From: Azolla caroliniana
Taxonomy: Eukaryota; Plantae; Polypodiophyta
DNA: 64,000 nt
Reading direction: 5' to 3'
Assembly (NCBI GenBank): GCA_043228905.1
Contig: JBHGNT010000015.1
Location: 18,414,001-18,478,000 of the forward strand
Shown: positions 13,153-25,595 of the stretch, one piece after another
Layout: every line of letters starts with the position of its first letter
Position numbering within the stretch: the stretch's first letter is position 1
Program-made: the position numbers and the translations under genes
The notes under the pieces: generated by a model
What the model was told of the DNA's origin: nothing
Seen by the model: only the letters and a program-made list of their open reading frames with translations
The model's database searches: none

Positions 13153-14352
13153 TGATAGATTCGAACCATAGATTTACGAGAAAGATATGCTCAAATAAGT
13201 ACAAAACAGAAAAGTGAAAGCTAGGGAATGGGAGCAATTAGTTGTGCCCTTGACATAACTAATTAGCTATGCAAAAAGCTACATTTAATTTGGCAAATTT
13301 TAGGGATTATTAGAATGTGACCTCAAATAAAGACCGGCTAAAATGTGGACCATAAATGGTAATATTTCTATCCCCATGGTAAATTATATGTATCTTTAAG
13401 TTTTTTCCACTAAAAATTAACTATAAAAAGAACTACTTAGTTGTGGTCATTTTAGCTACATGTTAGCATAATAGTGTTTCCATAGTACGTAAAATCCGTG
13501 TTCGTCTAGCATAACATTCGTTTTCCTACGTTGGAAAACAAATGTGAATGTTATTCAAACATTCTTGTGTTTCTTTCCCATTTGTTTTATGTTTTTTATG
13601 TTTTTTTCCATATTTTAGGCTTATTTATCTCATAAAAAATAGTTAATCCAAAAGTATGGTATTTATCATTCTTTGAGGGTGTTTTTCTTACACGAATGAT
13701 TCAAATATTCACGAATGCAAATGCACGTATGGTACGTATGGTTCATACTATGAGTGTTTCCATTCAATGACACATGCTTTCACCCAAACAACAAAATACA
13801 CAATACACACTCATTTATGTGGAAACCCTAAAACAAAGGAAAAACCACGGGCAACAGATCTGCACTATACAATAGAGATACAGGAGATGAGACCATATTA
13901 CAAGACTCTGTAGAACAGAGTATTCACCCCTTAGGGTTTTGACAAGTTCACCTCACTTTTTCTATACTCATGCTCTCTCGAGTCTCTTCCTATTCTTTGT
14001 TGCACTCCTTCTGCTCTAGACTCTATTCAACTACTACTACAACAGACACTACACTTAAGTGTGCCCTAGCTTTTTTATATTTATAAATGGACTAAGTTAT
14101 TATATAATAATATTAATAACTGTTAGTTAATCGATCGATTGGTTGACTCAACTATCCGACCCACAAGTCGACAATCTAGTCGATTCGACTAGCCAACTCC
14201 TATGTCGACCATCCGGTCGGCCCGACTAGTCGGCCTTGTCATCGACCATTCGATCAGCCTATCCCTCACTTGGTCCATCCAACCAATACAATTGACTACC
14301 AGGTCGACTCGTTGGTCGATCCGACCGTCCAATCAGACTTTGCCTCCCAACT
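13153..14352 (-). mobile_element. Degenerate solo-LTR-like insertion inside the inverted segment, itself carrying inserts
   Basis: Splits the GVPI/KD codons and starts with TG. It contains GTGGAAACCCTAAA..GGAAAAACCACGGG (13819-13851), a motif shared with the LTRs at 20785 and 26374. The right boundary and TSD are decayed. Confidence 0.55.
13481..13752. mobile_element. hAT-type MITE (272 bp)
   Basis: TIRs CATAGTACG / CATACTATG and a perfect 8-bp TSD AGTGTTTC at 13473-13480 and 13753-13760. Confidence 0.85.
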
Positions 14353-14475
14353 TTTCCCAAGGATATGATTCTCCTTTACTGTGACAACATGAACAGTATT
14401 CATCTGGCTCGGAACCCGATGTTCCATGTGCACACGAAGCATATCGAAGTGCACTACCACTTTATTTGAGTGCGC

Positions 14476-15436
14476 TATCGTGGTGTGGCGTGTGCAGTGT
14501 GAGAAAAACCGAGGTTCCACGCACATCTCATGAAATAATGTATAAATAAATAAATAATAAAATAATAAGTAACTTGTAGTAGCTTAGTGGTTAAGACTTA
14601 TAAGTATATGTAGAGATGTGTAGAGTTCGAGTCTCTCTTCTTACAAATCAACGAATATTTTGTAAAGGAAATAAATAAATAAAAGCATGTAATGTTAAAA
14701 TAAGCTCCTCTTTCCTCTATAAGAGAGGAGGGATAAGGCTTATTTGGGGGTCGCCCATTTTGGCTTAGGGGTGTACCATTAGGGTTTGATCTTCTTCTCG
14801 GGTTAGGGTTTTGTAGCCTCCCTTTCTCCTTATCCTTTTCTCCTTCTTTTCCTTCTAGACATAGGGTTTCAAAACTTCTTCTTTCTACTTTTCTATCTTT
14901 CTCCTCAACATATTAGAGAACTCGAGGTTTAGGGTTTTTATGTTCCTTATGAGCATCTAGGGTTCTTCTTTCTTATGAGTTTTAGGGTTATGAGTTTTGC
15001 ATCTACTTGAGAGTTTGGGTTTGGGTTTGGGTTCCTTATACGACGGCTTCTTCAACATCTCGATGGTGGTCAACTTAGTGTCCGGTTGCGGAAGGGAGGT
15101 TGTAATGGCACGAGAGCTACTCCGAATCGAGGCAACATAGCCGTCGGAAGTAGTCGAGCTCGAAGCCCACTAGATTCGCCTTCATCATATTATTTTCAGC
15201 CCTTTTGTGTTGATTAGTTGTTTTTGAATAATGATGAAATTGATTCTATGTAAGAAATAAAACCACCGAAATCGTGGTATTAAACCTAACTATTGTTTAA
15301 AGCTTAATTTATATCAAAACTTATGTATATTTCCCCATGTCTTTGTCTTAATCTCCCACTTCCTCACCCCTTGTGTCACCCCGGTCCAAGGCCCCGGTGG
15401 TCCCGTTGAGACACACGCAAGCGAAACTTTGCGACA
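14476..15436 (+). mobile_element. Solo LTR (961 bp) of the TGTCG..CGACA gypsy family
   Basis: TATCGTGGTGTGGCG...GAAACTTTGCGACA; an inverted homolog of 10784-12875. Confidence 0.88.
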
Positions 15437-16416
15437 ACGTACTTGAGTACTCTCTTAGCGCAATCCAGATGAATATCCCAAGGTTTTTGCATGAATTGGC
15501 TAAGTAGACCGACCAGATAGCCGAGGTCGGTGTCAAATACAAGTGTATAATGGACGTATTCACACTATCCCTTTGTATAGCTCAAGTTTGGGCCATTTGT
15601 GTAATTAACATAAATGGTAGTTGCCCTAAGTCGGTCACTATATATAGTGACCTAGTAACCTTTTTGTAAGGTTGGTTGTATTATTGTTTTCTATTTTGAA
15701 TAGAAAGAGTCTTTTGTGCCTTCTCTCTCTCTCTCTCTCTCTCTATCTCTGTGCACGATCTTGCAAACTGTCATACGCAGGTACTCAACCCCAATCGAAT
15801 GCTACTTGATCTTCCGCATCGACACGGCCTTGTCTTCAACATTTGGTATCAGAGCGAGGTCCCTCAACCCGTTGTCGGCCATCGTCTCAGCCTGCACAGC
15901 ATTCGGTTCTTCGCTTCATCACAGCCTGCACAGTATTCGGCCTTTCGCTTCATCCTAGTCTGCAAAGCATTCGGTTTCTTGCGTCATTCGAAGAAACAGA
16001 GAAGAAAGTAGGCAAACACAAGCTTGAATCTCGCTGCGTTAGATCATCACTCGGAGTAAACCAGTCGGCTGTACTCTACTTCCGTGATCGTAACTGCTTG
16101 AGGTGGGCTTCCTGCACAACGACGACTTCAAGGACAACCCCAGTTCGTGTTTCATTCGATTGGACAATAATCGGAAGGACCAGTCGGTTCCATTACTCTC
16201 ACCGTTGCAGTCAACCGAAACCGAATCGGCTTGAAGTACTGTCGGATCGTTAAATCTAGGTTCAACTCGACTAAGACAGTTGTCGGTAGTCAATCCGAAC
16301 CAAATCCCCGATTCTCCGTAATCAACATCACTTGTGTCCAACTTCGGCTAGAACGACACTGAGTGGGCCAAACCGCTGCACTTCACCAAAGTTCGTAGCC
16401 GACTTAGGGCAGAGTC

Positions 16417-19400
16417 ATGACATCAACATCCGGCTCGTCAGAAATGAGTCTACGAAAGTTCGATGGATCGAACTTCAACTTCTGGAAGGAGCAAATGCAG
16501 GACTATCTCATAGTCAAGGGGCAAATCGATCCCATCGAAAATGAAGTACCTCCAGAAGGATACAAACCAATTGAGTGGCAGAAGCTGGACAGAATCGTCC
16601 GCGCCACGATTCGGATGCACCTATCGGAATCGGTATACTTTACGGTGCAATCGTGTACGACAGCATTCGAACTGTGGAAAACATTGTCGGACACCTACGA
16701 AAAGAAGGTCGCTGCAACGAAGATGTTTCTGATCCGGCGCCTCTACAACTTGCGGATGAAAGAATCAGATTCGGTTCAAGCACATCTCAATGAGTACGAA
16801 AGCATAAGCTCCCAAATCTCATCTCAGGGGACGGCAATCGAGGATGAACTCAGAGCAATGATACTCATGAGCAGCCTTCCCTCATCATGGGAAACTTTCG
16901 TCACAACCGTGTGCAACGCGTCAACCACGGCTGTTAAATACTCCGAAGTCACGAGCGCAATCCTGACCGAAGCAGCTCGGAGAAAGTCTTTCGCCAAAGA
17001 CTCAACAGACGACGCTTATGTAGTACAAGGTTCGACAGACCGATCGAACATACGAGGAAGAGATTCCTCACGGCAGCCGAACAATCAGCGAAGACGGAGC
17101 CAGTCACGGGATAATCGGATCTGCAACTATTGCAAGAAACCCGGACACATCAAAGCCGACTGCCGCGCACTCAAGAACAAGAACGACAAGTCTCAGAAAT
17201 CAGACAAGAAGAGTGGCCGGCATGAGGAGATCAATTACGTCAGCTTCTCAGCTGATGTGCTACCAAACGACCCGAATATACTATCAATCGAAAATCCAGT
17301 TGGATCAGAAGTTCTGCTCACGACTGAAGAATCGAGCACATGGCTCTTAGATTCGGGCGCGTCATTTCACGTGACTCCTCATCGATCCCAATTTCGGCAA
17401 TATACGATCCGTCACTCCAACTCAGTTCGAGTCGACAACTCGCAACACTGTGACATCATTGGAATCGGCACAGTAGAGCTCAACCTTGCAGGTGGCTCTA
17501 CACTTGTACTTCACAATGTCCGACATGTACCCGAGCTCTCAAGGCCATTGATCTCAGTCGGACAACTAGATGAAGACGGCATTCGTGCCGGTTTTTCTTC
17601 GGGAGGGTGGACACTCCACAGGGGGAACCTCCTGCTTGCTAGAGGACCCAAGATACACTCACTGTATCCGTTACATGTTACGCTCAGAGAGGGTAACCTA
17701 TTTTTGGTGGATATTCCTGTGTCATCACTATGGCACAAAAGATTAGGACACCTCAGCAAGGCCGGCATTACGCACCTATCTAGAGCCGGATACATCCCTA
17801 AACTCTCCTTCTTGGACCATCAATTCTGCGAACATTGCCAGTATGGCAAACAAGCAGCCGCATCACACCCGACATCAGCACCAAGAGAAACGAGACCTCT
17901 CGATTTAGTCCACTCGGACGTCTGTGGCCCAATGCCGCATCAGTCTCTCGGCGGTGCCTCTTACTTCGTCAGTTTTATTGACGATTTGACTCGAAAGGTG
18001 TGGGCTTATCCAATTCGCACCAAAGATCGTGTCTTCTCGATCTTCTCCGATTGGCTCGCTATGGTAGAAAATCAAACTGACCGAAAACTGAAATGCTTTC
18101 GGACCGACAATGGGGGAGAGTTCAAATCAGAAGAATTCGTCAAATTCTGCCGACAACGCGGCATCCGACGTGAATTTACGGCACCACACAGTCCGGAGCA
18201 AAACGGGATTGCGGAACGCATGAATCGGACAATCCAAGAACGGATAGTTTCCATGCTCCAACACTCCGGACTGTCGGATGGCTTCTGGGCAGAGGCTCTA
18301 CTTACGGCAGTACACATAATCAATATGTCGCTAAGCAGACCTCTAGGACTTCAAATTCCTCAGGAACTATGGATCGGTAGTAAGCCGAATTACGACAAGC
18401 TGAGGATCTTCGGATGCGAGGCGTACACCCTTATTCCGAAAGATGATCCCGAAAACTTGCACCTCGGTCCAGGAAATGCATTTTCCTTGGATATGGATCA
18501 GCCGGCGAAATGGGATACCGACTCTGGGACCCCGAACGCAGACAAATCGTTCGAAGTTCGGACGTTGTGTTCAACGAGTCGGCTATGAATCCATCAGTCG
18601 AAACACCGATCGAAGTCTGAAGGGTAACATTTTCCGATGTGCCGACCCTTCAAGAAGGCCCCGCTCTTAACACACGGTCAGCTTCACGGGTAGCTGAACC
18701 TTACACTACCGACTCGGACAACTCTGACTCGGCACAGCAGAATAATTCGCTTTCGGACCATCCGACCTTGATACCCGATACGACCAGTCCAATCATACCT
18801 CGACGATCCGAGAGACTGTCGCAACCTCCAGAGAGGTATTCTCCTGGAATTTTCTTCACCGACGCCGGCGAACCGACGTCTTACGAAGAAGCATCGACAT
18901 CTGTCGATTCAGCCACATGGCATCTGGCGATGGAGTCGGAAATGCACTCCATTCGGGCAAACAAGACTTGGGATCTGGTCGAATTACCTAAGAATCGACG
19001 TGCTCTTCCTTGCAAGTGGGTTTATCGACTAAAAGAGACGTCTGATTCGACCACCCCAAAGTACAAGGCCAGATTAGTTGTGAAGGGCTTCCGACAAGAA
19101 TATGGCGTCGACTTCGATGAGATTTTTTCACCAGTGGTGAAAATGACAACCCTTCGTTTTCTACTCGGCGTAGTGGCAGCCGACAACTTGGAGCTGATTC
19201 AGCTAGATGTCAAAACAGCCTTCCTCCATGGTGATCTTGACGAGGAAATTTATATGGAGCAGCCAAAAGGCTTCGTGGCAACTGGCCAAGAACATCTAGT
19301 CTGCCGACTCAGGAAGAGTCTATACGGCCTCAAACAGGCACCGCGACAATGGTACAAGAAGTTCGACGACTTCATCCAATCGATCGGCTTCTCAAAAAGC

Positions 19401-20447
19401 GATGAGGACCATTGTCTTTTTACCAACATAGCTCAAGATGGATCACCCATCTTCCTCATCATTTACGTGGACGACATGCTAATTTCTGGACGCCACGCGG
19501 GCGAACTTGCTGATCTCATTCGGCAATTGCGGTTGAAGTTTGCCATGAAGGACCTCGGTCCGGCACGACACATACTTGGCATGAAGATTAGTCGGCATCG
19601 CGATAAACGACATCTTTTTTTGTCTCAGACCGACTATATCGGACGTGTCTTGGAACGCTTCAACATGCAATCAGCCAAATCTACTTCAACCCCGCTCCCC
19701 ATGAATCTTCGGCTCTCTCAGCGAGACTGCCCGACATCCGGTCCGGAGGTGGAAGATATGAAGTCGGTACCGTATGCACCGGCAGTCGGCTCCCTTATGT
19801 ACCTGATGGTCGCGACACGGCCTGATATTTCTCATGCCGTAGGCGTCGTTAGCAGATTTATGCACAATCCTGGCCGATCGCATTGGAACGCAGTCAAGCA
19901 TGTGTTCAAATATCTGGCTGGCACAAAAGACCACGGCATTCTTTTCGGCCCGAACTCAACCTCAAGCGTAGTCGGTTACACCGACTCGGACTTCGCCGGC
20001 TGTATAGACAGTCGGAAATCAACAACTGGATACTGCTTCAAATTCGGCAATGGAGCAATTTCGTGGAAGTCGAAACTTCAGGAGTGCACAGCGACCTCAA
20101 CGACCGAAGCAGAATATGTAGCTGCGTCCAACGCTGCAAAAGAAGCTTTGTGGCTCGGCCGGCTGGCGCACACGTTTCGACAAGTCGACCATGACTCGGC
20201 CCCAGTTGTTTATAGCGACAGTCAAGGTGTTGTTGCCTTGTCGAAAAATCCGGTTCACCACAACGCCTCCAAACATATCGACGTTCGATATCACTTCGTT
20301 CGGGACTGCGTCATTTCAGGGAAAATCGGTCTAGAGAAAATATCCACAACCGACAATGTCGCAGATGGAATGACCAAGTGTCTTTCGGCAGACCGCTTTC
20401 GGTCCCTTCGGCATCAGATGGGCGTAACGACAAACCAATCCGGTTAG
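16417..20447 (+). pseudogene. Copia A gag-pol (Tnt1/Tork-like, tentative), nearly intact
   Basis: ORFs 16417-18588 and 18639-20447 contain CNYCKKPGH, WLLDSGAS, HSDVCGP, YVDD and YTDSD. There is one frameshift near 18448 and a TGA near 18618. Confidence 0.93.
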
Positions 20448-21232
20448 AGCCGGACACAGCGCAGGATGGTTTCAGACAACCGACATCAGTTCTTTAATGA
20501 TCGGCTTCAACTCTTCCGACCCGACCAGTTCGGCCTTCTGCCTTCGGACCCTGCCGACTTGAACAAAACTGATATGTCCGAGAACCTAGGTCTATACCTG
20601 TAATCTTAGATAACCCATGTATACGCCCATTACGGGGGAGTGTCGAATACAAGTGTATAATGGACGTATTCACATTATCCCTTTGTATAGCTCAAGTTTG
20701 GGCCATTTGTGTAATTAACATAAATGGTAGTTGCCCTAAGTCGGTCACTATATATAGTGACCTAGTAACCTTTTTGTAAGGTTGTGTTGCAAAACAGTGC
20801 TCGGCCACAACCGAGGAATGGGTCAACTCACAGAAAAACAGGAAATAGAAAATGCACAAAACAATAGAGAGAAAGGTACACTGGATGTTTTACGTGGAAA
20901 ACCCTAAATGGGAAAAACCACGGGAGTCCTCAACCTCCAACTATCACTATGAACAGGGATGTACACTGGTGAAGCTACAAGGCAACAACCTTGAGCTCAC
21001 TGTCTTCGCCACAGGCGGCGGTAATACACAGAGGCAACGACCTCTTCGTCTCTCTCTCTCTCTCTCGGCTGCTCTCACTTCTCATGAAAAATGAGCAACA
21101 ACATAAACTGTTTGCCCTAAGTCATATTTATACACATATGACTTTCGGGCTATTTACAAATATAGCCTCAAGGGCTCTTGGCAAACATATTCACAAATAT
21201 GTCCCCGCATCCGGATCTCCCTCCGGGTACAT

Positions 21233-21450
21233 TCGTCATCCGGCTCCGTAACCGGGGTCTTCAGCATCCGGCTCCGTAGCCGGGGTATTCATCATCCGGC
21301 TCCGTAGCCGGGGTCTTCATCATCCGGCACCGTAGCCGGGGTCTTCATCATCCGGCTCCGTAGCCGGGGTCTTCATCATCCGGCACCGTAACCGGGGTCT
21401 TCATCATCCGGCTCCGTAGCCGGGGTCTTCATCATCCGGCACCGTAACCG
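21233..21450. repeat. 28-bp tandem repeat in U3 of the B 3' LTR (TCATCATCCGGCTCCGTAGCCGGGGTCT, 7 full units plus a partial)
   Basis: Read directly. There are 8 full units in the B 5' LTR (26075-26320) and about 4 in each C LTR (26835-26970, 31610-31745). Confidence 0.92.
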
Positions 21451-21521
21451 CAACCGGGCTTGCCGTCATTCATCTCCGGACATCCCATCCGGAGGGACCG
21501 AAATCCCAACAAACTCCCCCT

Positions 21522-24500
21522 TCACTTCGGCATGGGATGTCTCTCCAATCCGACCCTCTTTCGGCACGCTTCCAGCTTGTCGGGTGTGAGCACTTTGGTC
21601 AGCATATCTGACCCGTTCTCTTCCGTGTGGATCTTCGTCAGCATGAACTCCTGGTCTTCTATCCTTTCCCGGATCCAGTGATATCTTCGCTGGATGTGCT
21701 TCGTCCGGGAGTGATAGGCCGCGTTCTTCGCAAGGTGGATGGCACTCTGACTGTCGCAGTAGAGTCGGTACTCCTCTTGCCGGATACCGAGCTCTCTAAT
21801 GAAGTCCTTCATCCATATTATTTCCTTGCCGGCTTCAACAGCCGCCATGTACTCCGCCTCCGTGGTTGACAACGCAACCGTCTTCTGCAGCCTCGACTGC
21901 CACGAAACAGCTCCCCCTGCATACGTCATCACATACCCTGATGTGGACCGGCTGGTATCTTCATCAGCCGACATATCCGAATCGGTGAAGCCGTCGAGTT
22001 TGGGCTTACCGGAGCCGAATCGGAGGCACACGTTTGCCGTGCCCTTCAGGTATCGGAGTATCCACTTGACCGCGTTCCAATGCTCTTTGCCGGGATTGCT
22101 CATGTACCGGCTCACCACTCCGACTGCATATCCTATGTCCGGTCTCGTACACACCATGGCGTACATCAAGCTCCCGACGGCTGAGGCATACGGCACTTTC
22201 ATCATATCCTCCTTTTCAGCCTTTGTCTTGGGACTTTGCTTGTTGGACAGCTTGCAGTTTGCCGGGAGGGTTGATCCGACCGGTCTTGCTTCCGACATGT
22301 TGAACCGGTGAAGCACCTTTGTCACGTACTTCTCCTGTGACAGCCACAACTGCTTCTTCTTCCGGTCTCGGATGATGTGCATCCCTAATATTTGCCTTGC
22401 TGGACCCAGGTCCTTCATTGAGAAGGTTCGGTGAAGTGCTTTCTTCAGCATCCGTATCTTGCCCTGGTCCCGTCCGACGATCAACATGTCGTCCACGTAC
22501 AGGAGGAGTATTAGAGGGTCTCCTCCTTCGAACTTCTTCACAAACACGCAGTGATCGGACTGCGTTTTGTTGTACCCTTCGTCGGTCATGAAGGAGTCGA
22601 ACTTCCGGTACCATTGCCGGGGAGCCTGCTTCAGTCCGTAAAGGCTCTTCTTCAACCGGCATACCAGGTGCTCCTTTCCTTTCTTCTCGAATCCTTCCGG
22701 TTGCTGCATGTAGATCTCTTCTTCGAGGTCACCGTGAAGGAATGCCGTCTTCACGTCCATCTGTTCTACCTCGAGGTCCATGCTTGCCGCTATGCTCAGC
22801 ACCGTCCGGATGGAGGTCATCTTCACTACCGGGGCAAATATCTCGTCGAAGTCGACGCCCTTCTTCTGCTGGAACCCCTTCACCACGATCCTGGCTTTGT
22901 ATCTCGGGGGGTTGCCGGCATCTCCCGGTTTCAGCTTGAACACCCACTTGTTTCGAAGTGCCCGCTTTCCTTTCGGCAACTCCACAAGTTCATATGTGTC
23001 GTTCTCATGCAGGGAATCCATCTCCTCCTGCATGGCACTTAACCACCTGCGGCTATGGTTGTCAAGCTTTGCTTCTTCAAAACTTTCCGGCTCCCCCTCG
23101 TCGGTTAGCAGCACGTGCTCTGGTTCCGAAAATCTCCGGGGGGCCCTTCTCTCTCTTAGAGGATATCTCCGTTCCGGAGCTTCGGTAACTGGCTCATCCG
23201 TTTCCTCTTCATCCGAATCCATTTCGGGATCGGGGCCGGTTCCGGTATCAGTTTCATCTTCCTCGGCCGGTTCTGATTCTTCACCGTCTTCGGCCGGATC
23301 CTCGAGTGCTAACCGGTCCCTTGCCGGTCGGGACTGCTCCTCGTAGAGTTTATCCTCACCGGTCGACTTGGAGCTCTTCATCTTCTTCTCCGACTCCCAG
23401 TCGGCGAGCGTCTTGTCCTCCATGAAGATGATATCTCGACTCCTGAATATCTTCTTGTCAACCGGGTCCCATACTCGGTAGCCGAACTCGTCATCGCCGT
23501 AACCGAGGAATATGCATGGCCGGGTCTTTGGATCTAGCTTTCCTCTCCGGTCCTTTGCCACATGCACGTATGAGAGACACCCGAACACCTTCAGATGCCG
23601 GTAGGATACTTCCCTACCGGTCCACACTCTCTGCGGCGTGTCTCCGTCCAAAGGTACTGAGGGTGATCGGTTTATCACATATGTCGCCGTCGACATTGCC
23701 TCAGCCCAAAACCCCTTGGGTAATTTCGCATGCGCCAGCATACTCCGGACCCTCTCCATTATGGTCCGGTTCATCCTCTCGGCCAACCCGTTCAGTTCCG
23801 GCGTCTTCGGCACAGTAAACTCGAGCCGGATTCCTTTCGAGCGACAGTACTCCTGGAACTGTCCCCGGTATTCCCCTCCGTTATCCGCTCGTATCGCTTT
23901 CAGCTTCTTGCCGGATTCCCTTTCCACTCTCGCGTGGAGTTCTTTGAAGACGGACAACACTTGGTCCTTTGTCTTCATCGGTGCCGTCCACAGTCTTCGG
24001 CTGTGATCATCTATGAATGTTACGAAGTACTGGGCTCCGCCATGTGACTTCGTTTCTACCTGACACACATCAGTGTGCACCAACTCCAATGGTGCGCTAC
24101 GTCTCGTCGGTGGCCTTGAGTGGAAGGAGGTCCGGTTTTGCTTACCGGCCAGGCAGTCGGTGCACTTCTCCAGGTGCACATGCTTCACTGGAATAAGGTT
24201 GTCTTCTGCAAGCCTCTTCATCCCCTTCTCACTCATGTGGCACAGTCTTTTGTGCCACAGCTCACCGGCAGTGTCGGCTGCCACATTCAGCTCTACCGGA
24301 CATAACCGGGCATTCATCAGGTACAGCGTGTTGACTTTCCGGGCCCGAGCCACTATCAGGCTCCCCTTGCTGAACTTCATTACGCCGTTCCGGATGCTAC
24401 CCGTGTAGCCTTCATCATCTAGCCTCCCGGCCGAGATCAGGTTCAATCGGACCTCCGGAACGTGTTGCACATCCTTCAACAGCATCTTGCATCCGGTTGA

Positions 24501-25595
24501 TGTCATCAGCCACACGTCTCCTATGCCGGCAATCCGGCATGTACCTTCATTTCCCATCCGGACAAAGCCGTGCTCACCGGCTGTGTAGGATGAGAAGTAT
24601 TTCTTCTCCGGGGTCAGGTGGAACGACGCTCCGGAATCGACCACCCAGGTCATCTCTACGCCGGCAATGTTCAGCTCCCTCTCTTCGGTAATGAGCATTA
24701 TCTCTTCTTCACTTGCCGCGAGTGCCGTCGTTCCTTTCCGGTCCTGCCCTCGCCGATCCGAACCTCTCCGGTCCGTGGCTCCCCGGTATGCACCGTTTCT
24801 CTCCGGTGACTTCTTCGAATCGGTGTCATCGGCTCCGTTGTCCTTTCGGTAATGCCGACAATTCTTCCGGAAATGCCCCGGCTTCCCACAGTGGAAGCAT
24901 GTGGGCCTTCCTCTTGACTGCGACCGGGTCCCCGACTTCTCCCGTCTTTGCGGACTCCGGTTCCATTGTCTTCCCCGTTCCGATTCGGTAAGCAGCGCCT
25001 TCGAGTCGGAGACCGGTTCTTTATCTCTCTGACGCGCTTCTTCGTTCAAAATACTTGTCTTTACCGTTTGTAGGGACAAGTTATCTTCCGTGCAGGAGGT
25101 GCTGAGAGTCACCACCAAGTTCTCCCAGCTTTCCGGCAATGTACACATCAGGATGATGGCTTGCATTGCATCCTCCAACGGGAACTTGATCGCCGCAAGC
25201 TGGTTCACGAATCCCATGAACGTGCTTACGTGTTCCACCATACTCTCGCCGTCCCGGTACTTGAGGTTCACTATCTTTCTCATCAGGGAGGTCCGGTTCA
25301 ACGCATTCTTCCTCTCGTAGAGGCCCGACAGCTTCCTCCACATCTCATATGCGTTGGTGTCGTTCGCCACGTGTTGTAGAACGCTCACGTCGACGTATTG
25401 CCGAATGGTTGCAACGGCTTTCCGGTTCAGAAGCCTCCACTCCGTCTCAAGTACCCCCTTGGGTATTTCCGACCTGTCGATCGGTTCATATAGGTCCCGA
25501 ACAATGAGCAGATCCTCCATCTTTATCTTCCAGTCGGCGTAGTTCTGCGCGTTCAGCACCATCATGCCCGGAGGCCCACTACCGCCGCCTTCCAT
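21522..25595 (-). CDS. Intact copia gag-pol polyprotein (1357 aa; Tnt1/Tork-like, tentative)
   Basis: A single uninterrupted ORF from MEGGGSG, with CFHCGKPGH, WVVDSGAS, HTDVC/DNGGEY/ERMNRT integrase, YVDD RT and FTDSD..CDSQSA RNase H. Confidence 0.96.
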   Translation of the reverse strand: MEGGGSGPPGMMVLNAQNYADWKIKMEDLLIVRDLYEPIDRSEIPKGVLETEWRLLNRKAVATIRQYVDVSVLQHVANDTNAYEMWRKLSGLYERKNALNRTSLMRKIVNLKYRDGESMVEHVSTFMGFVNQLAAIKFPLEDAMQAIILMCTLPESWENLVVTLSTSCTEDNLSLQTVKTSILNEEARQRDKEPVSDSKALLTESERGRQWNRSPQRREKSGTRSQSRGRPTCFHCGKPGHFRKNCRHYRKDNGADDTDSKKSPERNGAYRGATDRRGSDRRGQDRKGTTALAASEEEIMLITEERELNIAGVEMTWVVDSGASFHLTPEKKYFSSYTAGEHGFVRMGNEGTCRIAGIGDVWLMTSTGCKMLLKDVQHVPEVRLNLISAGRLDDEGYTGSIRNGVMKFSKGSLIVARARKVNTLYLMNARLCPVELNVAADTAGELWHKRLCHMSEKGMKRLAEDNLIPVKHVHLEKCTDCLAGKQNRTSFHSRPPTRRSAPLELVHTDVCQVETKSHGGAQYFVTFIDDHSRRLWTAPMKTKDQVLSVFKELHARVERESGKKLKAIRADNGGEYRGQFQEYCRSKGIRLEFTVPKTPELNGLAERMNRTIMERVRSMLAHAKLPKGFWAEAMSTATYVINRSPSVPLDGDTPQRVWTGREVSYRHLKVFGCLSYVHVAKDRRGKLDPKTRPCIFLGYGDDEFGYRVWDPVDKKIFRSRDIIFMEDKTLADWESEKKMKSSKSTGEDKLYEEQSRPARDRLALEDPAEDGEESEPAEEDETDTGTGPDPEMDSDEEETDEPVTEAPERRYPLRERRAPRRFSEPEHVLLTDEGEPESFEEAKLDNHSRRWLSAMQEEMDSLHENDTYELVELPKGKRALRNKWVFKLKPGDAGNPPRYKARIVVKGFQQKKGVDFDEIFAPVVKMTSIRTVLSIAASMDLEVEQMDVKTAFLHGDLEEEIYMQQPEGFEKKGKEHLVCRLKKSLYGLKQAPRQWYRKFDSFMTDEGYNKTQSDHCVFVKKFEGGDPLILLLYVDDMLIVGRDQGKIRMLKKALHRTFSMKDLGPARQILGMHIIRDRKKKQLWLSQEKYVTKVLHRFNMSEARPVGSTLPANCKLSNKQSPKTKAEKEDMMKVPYASAVGSLMYAMVCTRPDIGYAVGVVSRYMSNPGKEHWNAVKWILRYLKGTANVCLRFGSGKPKLDGFTDSDMSADEDTSRSTSGYVMTYAGGAVSWQSRLQKTVALSTTEAEYMAAVEAGKEIIWMKDFIRELGIRQEEYRLYCDSQSAIHLAKNAAYHSRTKHIQRRYHWIRERIEDQEFMLTKIHTEENGSDMLTKVLTPDKLEACRKRVGLERHPMPK

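Larger units (their letters stand above)
12876..14475 (+). pseudogene. Inverted RNase H segment of copia D
   Basis: The plus strand reads ISEIMDY..EGYT..AISWSSKK..WLKRILKDLGVPI (12876-13152) and KDMILLYCDN..HIEVHYHF (14358-14475), while the flanking D sequence is on the minus strand. Confidence 0.92.

Noticed and set aside
21233-21450. 28-bp repeat array resembling a CRISPR array
   Set aside because: Units are directly adjacent with no unique spacers, lie inside LTRs, and the context is eukaryotic with no cas genes.
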